Positions 10,962-19,893 of a stretch of 64,000 bases of DNA are shown in pieces. Within the stretch, counting starts at the first letter, position 1, and every line of letters begins with the position of its first letter. Made by a program: the position numbers and the translations under genes. The notes under the pieces are model-generated. The model was not told where the DNA came from. It made no database searches and saw nothing but the letters and a program-made list of their open reading frames with translations. The DNA lies in NCBI GenBank assembly GCA_965226795.1, contig CBDDDZ010000002.1, positions 96,001 to 160,000 of the forward strand, read 5' to 3'. This DNA is from Candidatus Latescibacterota bacterium. Lineage in GTDB: Bacteria > Latescibacterota > UBA2968 > GCA-2709665.

Positions 10962-12926
10962 ATGCAGCAAGCGCAGCCGGATTCACACCCTGAAGCGGAC
11001 GTGGGCCAGGAACGATGGGGCGTAACCGTGCGGGCGGTCGCCATCGGGCTTGGCGTGGCCCTTTTCATTCAGGGATGGGGCATTTTCTCCAGCCGGGTGA
11101 TCCGGTCGTCCGGCGTGACGTCGGGTTTTCTTTCGCCAGCCCTCTTCATTGCGATCCTGCTTGTACTGTTCGTCCTGAACCCCCTCCTGAAGCGGGTCGT
11201 GCGGTCCCGCGGGCTGAACCTTGCGGAGATACTGACGATTTTCGCGATGGGGCTGATGGGCGGCGCGCCGATCGCGGCATTGTATGCCTTTATAACAATT
11301 CCGTACTACCTGGCCACTCCGGAGAACCAGTGGGGTAACCTCCTTCACCCCCACCTGCCTTCCTGGGTTGCACCCCTCGACGTGGACGGCGCCGTTACGC
11401 TTCTCTTCAATGGCCTGCCAGGTGGTCAGGGTACGATTCCATGGGGTGCGTGGGTCGTGCCTATGTTCTGGTGGGGGCTTCTGTTCTGCGTTCTGGCTTT
11501 TGCCGCGGCTTCTCTTTCGGTGGTACTCCGAAAACAGTGGGTGGAACACGAGCGGCTGCGATACCCGGTCCTGGAACCGATCGTGGAGATGGCCAGGGGT
11601 TCGGATTCCAGCGGATGGTGGCCGCAGTTCGCCCGCGGAAAGCTGTTCTGGTTCGGTGCGGGGATCGCGTTCGTATTTATTTTCTGGAATGCGCTGCCAT
11701 GGATTTCTCCGGCCTTTCCCGAGATGCCGGTCCGGGGCAGGGTGTACGCCTTCTTCGGGCGGGATATGCCGCCGATGTTCAGCTATATAGACCCGTTTTC
11801 CATCGCGTTTTCCTATTTTGCAAATCTGGACGTGCTGTTCAGCGTCTGGTTCTTTTTCGCGGTGTTCGTGCTGGAGTTCGGGATTTTCAACCGGCTGGGC
11901 TACAGCATCGGCGGGCGCGGCGACCGGTACGGGTCCTACGACGCGGCGTCAAGCTGGCAGGGTCTGGGTGCGTTCTGCGTTTTCGTGTTGTTCGGCCTGT
12001 GGATGGCCAGGCGCCATCTGAAAGACGTGGCGATGAAGGCGTGGCGGTCGGACCATCCCGTGGACGATTCGCGGGAGATGTTGTCGTATCGCACCGCGGT
12101 TGTGGGGATAGTGGTGGGTATTGTATTCACGGTCGTGTGGCTGAATCGGGCGGGGATGGACTTGCAGATGGCGATTCCGCTGGTGGCGATGCTGTTCGTT
12201 CTCTACATCGGCGTCGCGCGGATCATCGCCGAGTCGGGCCTGTTGTATGTGCAGGGGCCGATGACGGCGCAGAGCTTTTCGGTGTATCTGCTCGGCGCCG
12301 AAGCGGTGTCGCCGTCGAGTCTGACCACGCTCCTGTTTTCCTATCCGATCCACGCGAATTCGACGTCGCAGATGTCGCATGTGGCCAAGGTGGCCGGACA
12401 GATCCGGGATCGGGGAAGGCGGCTGTTCTGGGCGGTCTGTCTGTCGTTCGTGGCGACGACCCTGGTCGTGATCATCGGGACGCTCTATCTGGGCTATACC
12501 GGCGGGGCCGAGAATTTCGGACACGGCTTTATCTGCGGGGGCGTGCACAATTTTCCGGATACCGTGAGCAAGATCAAGGAGCCGTTCGAGCTCGACTGGA
12601 ATCGGATTATGTTTTTCGGTATCGGCGCCGCGGTCATGGCTTTACTGACTTTACTCCGCTACCGGTTTCCGTGGTGGCCGATCCATCCGGTGGGGTTCGC
12701 CATTATGGGGACGGATCTGGTGAGGAATTTCGCACTGACGCTGTTTCTGGCGTGGTCCTGCAAATCGGTTATCCTTCGCGTGGGCGGGAATACGCTGTTC
12801 AGACAGGCGCAGCCGTTTTTCCTTGGCCTGCTGGTGGGGCACGTACTTGGAATAACGGGCGCGTTTCTCGTGGATATGTTCATGTTCCCCGGAGCCGGAC
12901 ATAGCATCCACCCGTGGATTGAATAG
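10962..12926 (+). CDS. DUF6785/DUF6784-like polytopic membrane protein (OPT-like putative transporter), copy 1
   Basis: Many TM segments; YLATPENQW, IPWGAW, QWVEHERLRYP, LRYRFPWWPIHPVGF; GGGAG RBS. Confidence 0.75.
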   Translation: MQQAQPDSHPEADVGQERWGVTVRAVAIGLGVALFIQGWGIFSSRVIRSSGVTSGFLSPALFIAILLVLFVLNPLLKRVVRSRGLNLAEILTIFAMGLMGGAPIAALYAFITIPYYLATPENQWGNLLHPHLPSWVAPLDVDGAVTLLFNGLPGGQGTIPWGAWVVPMFWWGLLFCVLAFAAASLSVVLRKQWVEHERLRYPVLEPIVEMARGSDSSGWWPQFARGKLFWFGAGIAFVFIFWNALPWISPAFPEMPVRGRVYAFFGRDMPPMFSYIDPFSIAFSYFANLDVLFSVWFFFAVFVLEFGIFNRLGYSIGGRGDRYGSYDAASSWQGLGAFCVFVLFGLWMARRHLKDVAMKAWRSDHPVDDSREMLSYRTAVVGIVVGIVFTVVWLNRAGMDLQMAIPLVAMLFVLYIGVARIIAESGLLYVQGPMTAQSFSVYLLGAEAVSPSSLTTLLFSYPIHANSTSQMSHVAKVAGQIRDRGRRLFWAVCLSFVATTLVVIIGTLYLGYTGGAENFGHGFICGGVHNFPDTVSKIKEPFELDWNRIMFFGIGAAVMALLTLLRYRFPWWPIHPVGFAIMGTDLVRNFALTLFLAWSCKSVILRVGGNTLFRQAQPFFLGLLVGHVLGITGAFLVDMFMFPGAGHSIHPWIE

Positions 12927-12944
12927 GCTGACGTACGAGGGCGA

Positions 12945-15900
12945 ATGATGTTTAACGTAATCAAGAGGGTTCTTCTTGTTCTGCTGACGCTCGGCGTTCT
13001 CGCAGTCGTGGTGGTATTCGATCCCGAGGAAGTGTCCGACGTGATACGGGATACGCTCCATATCCGGCAGGTGGCGCCCCCCGAGCAGGTGCGTGGGGCT
13101 CTCTCGGCCGAGGATCGTGCGGTTCGACGGGTCGTGGATGCGATAACCGAAGAGGAGGTACGGTCTCATGTGGCGGCATTCACCCGGATGCCGTCTCGCG
13201 TGGTGGGGTATGGCGGGGAACGGCAGGCGCGGGATTACGTCCGGTCGCAATTCGAGGCGCTCGGCCTGGAGCGAGTTACCACGGAGCCGTTCGACGTGAC
13301 GGTGCCGATCGACGCGGGAGGCGTGCTGAGGCTGGAAACCACCGGGGAGGAAATGCCCGTTTACTGTCTCTGGCCGAACGATGTACGTACTTCCACGCTG
13401 CCGGCCGGAGGCGTTGGCGGGCCGTTGATCTACGGGCGCAAGGGGGAGTTTTCGGACTACAACGGGGCGGTTGTGGATGGCAGCGTGGTGTTGATGGACT
13501 TCGGTTGCGGGCAGAACTACCTGAACGCGCTGACCCTTGGCGCGAAGGCGATTCTGTTCTTCGACGACGGCAACGTTACGCGCGGGGAGGCGGAGGACAA
13601 GCTTCTCGAGGTGCCGGTGAACGTGCCCCGGTTCTGGGTTGACCGGGAGGACGCGCAACGCCTCCTGAAGCGGGTCGAGATGGGGGACGCACGGGTGCAT
13701 CTGACGGCGCGGATGGACTGGAAGACGGTAGAGTCGGCGAATGTGTACGGCTATCTGCCGGGATCGGACGAGCGCATTCCTGGCGGGAACGGCCGCAGGT
13801 GGAAGGACCGGCTGATCGTGGTGGGTGCCTACTATGACGCCATGTCCGTTGTGCCGGCGCTCGCCCCGGGTGCCGAAAGCGCCTCGGGAGTTGCCGCGAT
13901 GCTGGAGGTGATTCGGTCTCTAAAGCGTTACGGTTCCAGATATTCCTTTCTCTTTCTGGCCACCTCGGCTCACTTCGAGGGCCTGTCGGGAATCAACGAT
14001 TTCCTCTTTCGGCATTCCCGGCGGAGCAATTATTTCCTGGATCGGATTCCTGACGCGGACCGGATCGACTTCAGCCTGTTCATTGGGCTCGACCTTTCCA
14101 GCAAAAGCAGGCAGGTGGGCGGATTCGCGATGGGCACGTTCTACAATCCCGGCAAAGCAACGGACGAATACCTCAAGAATCTGCTGACACCCTATTCACA
14201 CAGGCTCCGCGAATATGCGACGACGCTCTTCCCCGGCGAAGAGCGCTACGTGGACGTGGTGGCGCCGGCCAAGCGGCCATGGACGTCGTTTATGCCGGTT
14301 CCCCTGGCCCTGGAGAGCGAGGCGGCGGTATTTGTCGGGCAGGAGGCCATGACGCTGGTGACGCTGTACGACGGCCGCGTTCGTACGGACACCCCGCTCG
14401 ATCTTCCGGAGGCAATGGCGTTCGACCGGCTGACCGACCAGATTCGCTCGGTGGCTTCAATGATGATCAGGGCGGGGAACGACCCGGCCTTCTTCCGGGA
14501 AACCCAGCTTCGGCTGATGGACCGCGGGCACCGTCTGGCCGGGCGTATTCTCTGGTTCGACAGGGACGTGGATTTCGCGATTCCACGCGTGCCCGTACCC
14601 GGCGCGATCGTGACGTACAAGCAGCCGGGGCCGGGGAGCGTGGCCGGTGTCCGGACGCTGATGGTCACGCAGGCCGCCGCTGGCCCGATTTACGAAGGTC
14701 CGGCCTCCCGTGGGGCGTTGTTCGGTTCCAGGGAGGTGGTTTCGCAGACCGGCCGGTTTGAATTCGACATCGTAAGGAACCGATTCTCCAATCGGATACT
14801 CGCCTACGAGATCGACGGTGAGGGGCAGATCGTTTCGGCGCCTGACATGGGCATGGAGGGAGCCGGATCGGATGGGAAAAACGGGAAATATCCCCTGTTA
14901 CAGGGATACGGGTGGTGGGACAACGAAATGATGGGGGTGCTTTTCAGGTGCCGGGCGCTGAGCCTTTTCGAGATTGTGGATTCGAGTTATCTCTCGGTGC
15001 TGGACCACATGAAGGTGCTGGGAAGGGACAACAGCGAACCGATCGAGTACGGCTTCCAGTACGTCGCCAACCAGGGCCGAAAGGAAGGGAAGGTCACGCA
15101 GGCGTCGGTGGCATTCGCCCCGGCGGGGGAGCGGATCAAGATCCTGATGAGCAGCGGGCTGTTCGGAATCAAGTACCTGCTGATCAACGCGCCGGAAGAT
15201 CTGCTGACCGATCCCGTCGCTCCGCGGCGGGTGGATGCAGCGACGGTGAAGCGGTCCATGGGTACAGGCTACGTCCCGGACGGGAGCGTCATTACCCTGC
15301 CTTCCTACCGCGCGGCGCGGGATATGTGGATCGTGGATGACGTACGGATGAAGCAACTGGCGCGCTACGGCGTGGAGAACCAGCGGCTTTCCCGGCTGCA
15401 CGACCGCGCGCGGGCCTCCCTTCTGGAGGCGCAGGGTCACCTGGAAGACCGCAACTACGACCGGTTCATCGGGGCGGCGAGGGAGGCGTGGGGGCTGGAG
15501 GCGCGCGGCTACCCCGAGGTGAAGGAGACGGCCAACGACACGGTGCGGGGGGTCATTTTCTATTTCGTGCTGCTGCTGCCGTTTTCGTTCTTCTGCGAGC
15601 GGTTGTTTTTCGGGTTTCCCGACGTCCAGAGAAGGATTATAGGATTCGCGGGGATTCTCGTGGCCATGTTCCTGGCGCTGCGGTGGGTGCATCCCGCGTT
15701 CCAACTGTCCGGTTCTCCGTACATCATCTTTCTGGCGTTTGTAATTCTGTGCCTGGGCGGGGTGGCAATGGTGATCGTGGTGTCCAGGTTTGCGGACCAG
15801 GTAAGACGTCTGAAGCAGTCCGCAACGGGTGTGTACGAGGAGGACGTGGGGCGGATCTCGGCGACAATCGTGGCCTTTACATTGGGGGTTTCGAATTTGC

Positions 15901-17660
15901 GGAAGCGCCCCCTGCGCAGCGGGCTGACGGCGGTCACGCTGACATTGCTGACGTTTACGGTGCTTTCGTTCACCTCCGTTCAGACCTATCTGCGTTTCTA
16001 CAAGCTGCCCAGGGACAATCGGCCTCCGTACCAGGGCGCGCTGGTGAGAGACCGGAACTGGAGGGGAATGCAGCCCTCCGTGCTGAACTATATGGAGAGT
16101 CATTTTGGCGGTTTCGCCCGGGTTGCGCCTCGGGCATTTTACATTTCCGAAAAGCGGGGGGAGCGGGCCTATATCGACTTTGAGGAGCCCGAAAGCGGCC
16201 GGCGGAGTTTCGCGAACGGGTTGCTGGGAGTAACGCCGGAGGAATCTGAGGTTATGGGTATGGACCGCCTGCTGACGGCTGGCCGGTGGTTCCGGGAAGG
16301 GGAGCGGCACGCGGTCATCCTGCCCGGAGAACTGGCGGAACTTGTTGGGATCTCTCCCGAGGACGTGGAGGCCGGCCGGGCGCGGGTGCGCATGTTGGGG
16401 GTGGAGCTTGCCGTTATCGGCATTCTGGACTCCAGGGCGGTCGACAGACTGGAGGATATGGACGACGAACGACTGACCCCCATCGACACCACGATGGAGA
16501 CCGCGGGCACGAGCGACTGGCGCAACCTGAGCCAGGATCCGAGGCTGATGGGAGCGGAGCCGATCGAGGCGTTCATTCACCTGGATACGAGCAATACGGC
16601 GCTGCTTCCGTACGAATTCGTCATTGAAATGGGGGGTACGCTCCGATCGATCGCGGTCACCGATTTCAGAGATGCGCAGGGCGGCCCGAGCCGGGACGTC
16701 CGGGGTCAGATCGAGGACTTTATGTCCCGGGTCGCACTGACGATGTTTGTGGGGATCGGCGACGAGGTGACGGTATACAGTTCCATCGGCACCACCTCGC
16801 TTTCCGGCATCGCGAATCTCTTCATCCCGCTGCTGATTGCCTCTCTGATCGTGCTGAATACGATGATGGGCGCGGTATACGAAAGGTTCCGGGAAATCGG
16901 CGTCTATTCAGCAGTGGGGCTGGCGCCCAGCCACATATCCGCGCTCTTCCTGGCAGAAGCCGCTGTGTTTGCCACGCTTGGGGCCGCGTTCGGCTACCTG
17001 ATCGGTCAGGCGCTGGTGATGTTGCTGTACGAACATGGGGCGCTGGGCGGGTTGTCCCTGAACTATTCGTCGTTGTCGGCGGTTACTTCCACGCTGCTGG
17101 TGATGCTGGCGGTGTTCCTGTCCACCCTCTATCCGGCCAGGAAGGCCGAGCAGATGTCCGTGCCCGACGTGACCCGGCGTTGGCAGTTTCCGCAACCGAA
17201 GGGTGACGAGTGGTTCTTTGATTTTCCGTTTACGCTGGCGGGCTCGGAAGCCCTTGGCATGTATACCTATCTGTTTCGTTCTTTCGAATCGTTCGGAGAG
17301 GGTTCTATCGGCAGGTTTGTCTCGCAGGACGTGAGTTTCAGGTCCGAGCCGCTTCCGGCCGGCAGGGGGTATAAGATCGCTCTGCGGATGTGGTTGGCGC
17401 CCTACGATATGGGCATCAGCCAGGACGTCCAGATGAATGCGATTCCCACGGGAGAACACGGTATATACCGCATAGAGGTCCAAATCCATCGCCTGAGCGG
17501 AGACGTGAACTCCTGGCAGCGGGTGAATCGAGGCTTCCTGAACGACATCCGAAAGCTCTTTCTGGTATGGAAAACAATGCCTCCGGAAACAAAGACGGAC
17601 TATGCCCGGCAGGGCGAGGCGGAACTGGAGACGTCGGCGGGCAGGGAGGTCGCGTCTTGA
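12945..17660 (+). CDS. PA + M28-peptidase-like ectodomain fused to FtsX/MacB-type permease (1571 aa)
   Basis: N-terminal TM; SRVVGYGG, GAYYDAMSVVPALAPGAESASG; central TM block; NLRKRPLRSGLT; MGAVYERFREIGVYSAVGLAP...AEA...YPARKA FtsX signature. Confidence 0.8.
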   Translation: MMFNVIKRVLLVLLTLGVLAVVVVFDPEEVSDVIRDTLHIRQVAPPEQVRGALSAEDRAVRRVVDAITEEEVRSHVAAFTRMPSRVVGYGGERQARDYVRSQFEALGLERVTTEPFDVTVPIDAGGVLRLETTGEEMPVYCLWPNDVRTSTLPAGGVGGPLIYGRKGEFSDYNGAVVDGSVVLMDFGCGQNYLNALTLGAKAILFFDDGNVTRGEAEDKLLEVPVNVPRFWVDREDAQRLLKRVEMGDARVHLTARMDWKTVESANVYGYLPGSDERIPGGNGRRWKDRLIVVGAYYDAMSVVPALAPGAESASGVAAMLEVIRSLKRYGSRYSFLFLATSAHFEGLSGINDFLFRHSRRSNYFLDRIPDADRIDFSLFIGLDLSSKSRQVGGFAMGTFYNPGKATDEYLKNLLTPYSHRLREYATTLFPGEERYVDVVAPAKRPWTSFMPVPLALESEAAVFVGQEAMTLVTLYDGRVRTDTPLDLPEAMAFDRLTDQIRSVASMMIRAGNDPAFFRETQLRLMDRGHRLAGRILWFDRDVDFAIPRVPVPGAIVTYKQPGPGSVAGVRTLMVTQAAAGPIYEGPASRGALFGSREVVSQTGRFEFDIVRNRFSNRILAYEIDGEGQIVSAPDMGMEGAGSDGKNGKYPLLQGYGWWDNEMMGVLFRCRALSLFEIVDSSYLSVLDHMKVLGRDNSEPIEYGFQYVANQGRKEGKVTQASVAFAPAGERIKILMSSGLFGIKYLLINAPEDLLTDPVAPRRVDAATVKRSMGTGYVPDGSVITLPSYRAARDMWIVDDVRMKQLARYGVENQRLSRLHDRARASLLEAQGHLEDRNYDRFIGAAREAWGLEARGYPEVKETANDTVRGVIFYFVLLLPFSFFCERLFFGFPDVQRRIIGFAGILVAMFLALRWVHPAFQLSGSPYIIFLAFVILCLGGVAMVIVVSRFADQVRRLKQSATGVYEEDVGRISATIVAFTLGVSNLRKRPLRSGLTAVTLTLLTFTVLSFTSVQTYLRFYKLPRDNRPPYQGALVRDRNWRGMQPSVLNYMESHFGGFARVAPRAFYISEKRGERAYIDFEEPESGRRSFANGLLGVTPEESEVMGMDRLLTAGRWFREGERHAVILPGELAELVGISPEDVEAGRARVRMLGVELAVIGILDSRAVDRLEDMDDERLTPIDTTMETAGTSDWRNLSQDPRLMGAEPIEAFIHLDTSNTALLPYEFVIEMGGTLRSIAVTDFRDAQGGPSRDVRGQIEDFMSRVALTMFVGIGDEVTVYSSIGTTSLSGIANLFIPLLIASLIVLNTMMGAVYERFREIGVYSAVGLAPSHISALFLAEAAVFATLGAAFGYLIGQALVMLLYEHGALGGLSLNYSSLSAVTSTLLVMLAVFLSTLYPARKAEQMSVPDVTRRWQFPQPKGDEWFFDFPFTLAGSEALGMYTYLFRSFESFGEGSIGRFVSQDVSFRSEPLPAGRGYKIALRMWLAPYDMGISQDVQMNAIPTGEHGIYRIEVQIHRLSGDVNSWQRVNRGFLNDIRKLFLVWKTMPPETKTDYARQGEAELETSAGREVAS

Positions 17661-17669
17661 AAGCGCCAG

Positions 17670-17882
17670 CTGGTGTCCCGTCCCAGAAATATGTCACCAT
17701 TCATCCGCCGATTCATCCCGTCCGGCTACGTTGCCTGCGCTGAGCTTGTCGAAGTGCCTTCACTCGCCGACCTTGCCCAGGTCGTCTCGATCAGGCGCTG
17801 GTTCCTGAGCCTGTCGAAGGATGCCAGCCGGGCGACTCGGCGGCCGAAATTTCGACATTCTATTTCCGGGACAGAACACTAG
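17670..17882 (+). mobile_element. MITE-like element with ~22-bp imperfect terminal inverted repeats
   Basis: Left CTGGTGTCCCGTCCCAGAAATA, right TATTTCCGGGACAGAACACTAG; internal TGAGCTTGTCGAAG and CCTGAGCCTGTCGAAGG REP-like motifs; homologous copies elsewhere in the window. Confidence 0.75.
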
Positions 17883-17894
17883 GGAAAACGCGGT

Positions 17895-19862
17895 ATGCCG
17901 AGACCTGCCGGGAAACGTGAAGTGGCGGTAGCCGGCACGAAGTCGGCGTTGCGCGGGGTTTCGGCGCGCGCCCTGAGCGTTGGCCTGGGTATTGCCGCCC
18001 TGCACAATTTCTGGAGCCTGCACTCGCTCTATATCATCCGGGGTTCATGGCTGAACCGGACGCACTTCCCCATGGGTGTGTTCGTGCCGTTCCTGATACT
18101 CGTCCTGTCGGCTCCGATTCTCCGGCGGTTCGTTCCCAGAATGGCGTTGTCCGGCCCGGAACTCCTGGTGGCGCTGTGTGCGGGCCTGGCGGGGGGCATG
18201 GTGCCGACGTTCGGTCTTTCCACGACCTGGATCGGCATGCTGGCGATCCCCGACTACCTTGCCACGCCCGAGAATATGTGGGGCGAGTACCTTCTGCCCC
18301 ATGTGCCCGGCTGGATGCTGCCATCCAACGCGCAAGGCGCCATGAGATGGCTCTTCGAGGGTTTGCCGCCCGGTGAGGGGATTCCCTGGGGCGCGTGGGC
18401 GGCCCCGCTCTTCTGGTGGACCGCGCTGCTCGGCGGGATGGCGCTGGTCTCTTTCTGTTCGGTCGTCGTGCTGCACCGGCAGTGGTCGGGGTACGAACGG
18501 CTGGCTTATCCCATTCCCGCAGTGGCCGCGGATATGGCGGAGGGGGCCGAGGGTAGAGGCGAGTGGGCCGGGTTGTTGCGGAACCGGTTGTTCATTGCGG
18601 GGATGCTTGTCGCGCTCACGATCAAGGTCTGGAACCTGATTCCGGCCTTTGTTCACGGATTTCCGATGATCCGTGTGTTTCACCAGCAGTTGTGGGTGCA
18701 CTTTACGCAATACTCACAGGTCCATGTGAGCCTGAATTTCTATACCATCGGGTTCGCGTACCTGACTGGCCTGGACCTGCTGCTGAGTATCTGGCTGTTT
18801 CATCTGTTTTACATTCTGGAGATCGCGGCTTTCGCCCGGGTTGGACTGGGGATTGCGGGATTCTCCGGCGGGGTGGTGTCCTGGCAGGGCGGCGGCGCGA
18901 TGATGTGCTACGTGGGTCTGGCGCTCTGGACTGCCCGCGGTCACCTCAAACGCGTGGTCCGCTCTGCGCTGGGCCGCGCGGGCGGAGCGAACGACGCGGA
19001 GGCGCTGATGCGTTACGCGTGGGCGGTGTGGGGCCTGATTCTGGGGGTGGCCTTCGTGATCTGCTGGTTGCGGATGGCGGGTATGGGTCTGCTCCTGGCC
19101 ACCGCGTTGACCGTGTTCCTGTTCACCAGTTACCTGGGCCTCGCGCGCATTGTCGCGCAGACCGGCCTGCTTTACGTGAACTTCCCTCTCAGCGGCCAGG
19201 CGCTCATTCTGGGCACGTTGGGCGCGGCGTCCATCCCGGCTCCCGGGCTGACCGCAATGGCTTTTACGAATGTCTTCGCGAACGACCGGATGGGCCTGTT
19301 CATGCCGGCTTTTGTACAGATCGCAAAGCTGGCCGAACGGGTGGAACGGCACCGGAGGCGGTTGGGGTGGGTTGTGGGGCTGGGCCTGCTGACGAGCATT
19401 GCGACGTCGGTGGTCCTGACGCTGTATTGGGGGTATTCCGGCGGGGCCTACAATTTCGGAAGTATCGCGCTGTTCCGCAGGACGGTCCCGAGCGTGAACG
19501 GATACGTCAGCCACATGCGCAGCCCGGATCCCGTTCAGGCGGCGCCGTTTATTCTCTTTGCGGCCGGCGCCGCGGGAATGGCGCTGCTGGCGTTCCTGCG
19601 ATACCGGTTCAACTGGTGGCCGGTGCACCCGGCCGGGCTGGCCGTGGCCTACACCGGCATGACGAAGCACGCGGCTTTCAGCATCTTTGCCGCCTGGATC
19701 TGCAAGTTTATTGTGATAAAAACCGGCGGAATGCTGCTTTATCGGCGGACGGTGCCGTTTTTTATCGGGACGATCGTCGGGTACGCTCTGGCCGTGGCGC
19801 TGGGTTACGTGCTGGACGTAATCTGGTTCGAAGGGCAGGGGCACGCCGTACACGCATATTGA
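17895..19862 (+). CDS. DUF6785/DUF6784-like polytopic membrane protein, copy 2
   Basis: Paralog of 10962..12926: YLATPENMW, IPWGAW, ERLAYP, LRYRFNWWPVHPAGL. Confidence 0.75.
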   Translation: MPRPAGKREVAVAGTKSALRGVSARALSVGLGIAALHNFWSLHSLYIIRGSWLNRTHFPMGVFVPFLILVLSAPILRRFVPRMALSGPELLVALCAGLAGGMVPTFGLSTTWIGMLAIPDYLATPENMWGEYLLPHVPGWMLPSNAQGAMRWLFEGLPPGEGIPWGAWAAPLFWWTALLGGMALVSFCSVVVLHRQWSGYERLAYPIPAVAADMAEGAEGRGEWAGLLRNRLFIAGMLVALTIKVWNLIPAFVHGFPMIRVFHQQLWVHFTQYSQVHVSLNFYTIGFAYLTGLDLLLSIWLFHLFYILEIAAFARVGLGIAGFSGGVVSWQGGGAMMCYVGLALWTARGHLKRVVRSALGRAGGANDAEALMRYAWAVWGLILGVAFVICWLRMAGMGLLLATALTVFLFTSYLGLARIVAQTGLLYVNFPLSGQALILGTLGAASIPAPGLTAMAFTNVFANDRMGLFMPAFVQIAKLAERVERHRRRLGWVVGLGLLTSIATSVVLTLYWGYSGGAYNFGSIALFRRTVPSVNGYVSHMRSPDPVQAAPFILFAAGAAGMALLAFLRYRFNWWPVHPAGLAVAYTGMTKHAAFSIFAAWICKFIVIKTGGMLLYRRTVPFFIGTIVGYALAVALGYVLDVIWFEGQGHAVHAY

Positions 19863-19893
19863 CTTGAGCGCATATAACGGAGGTAATGGACCA

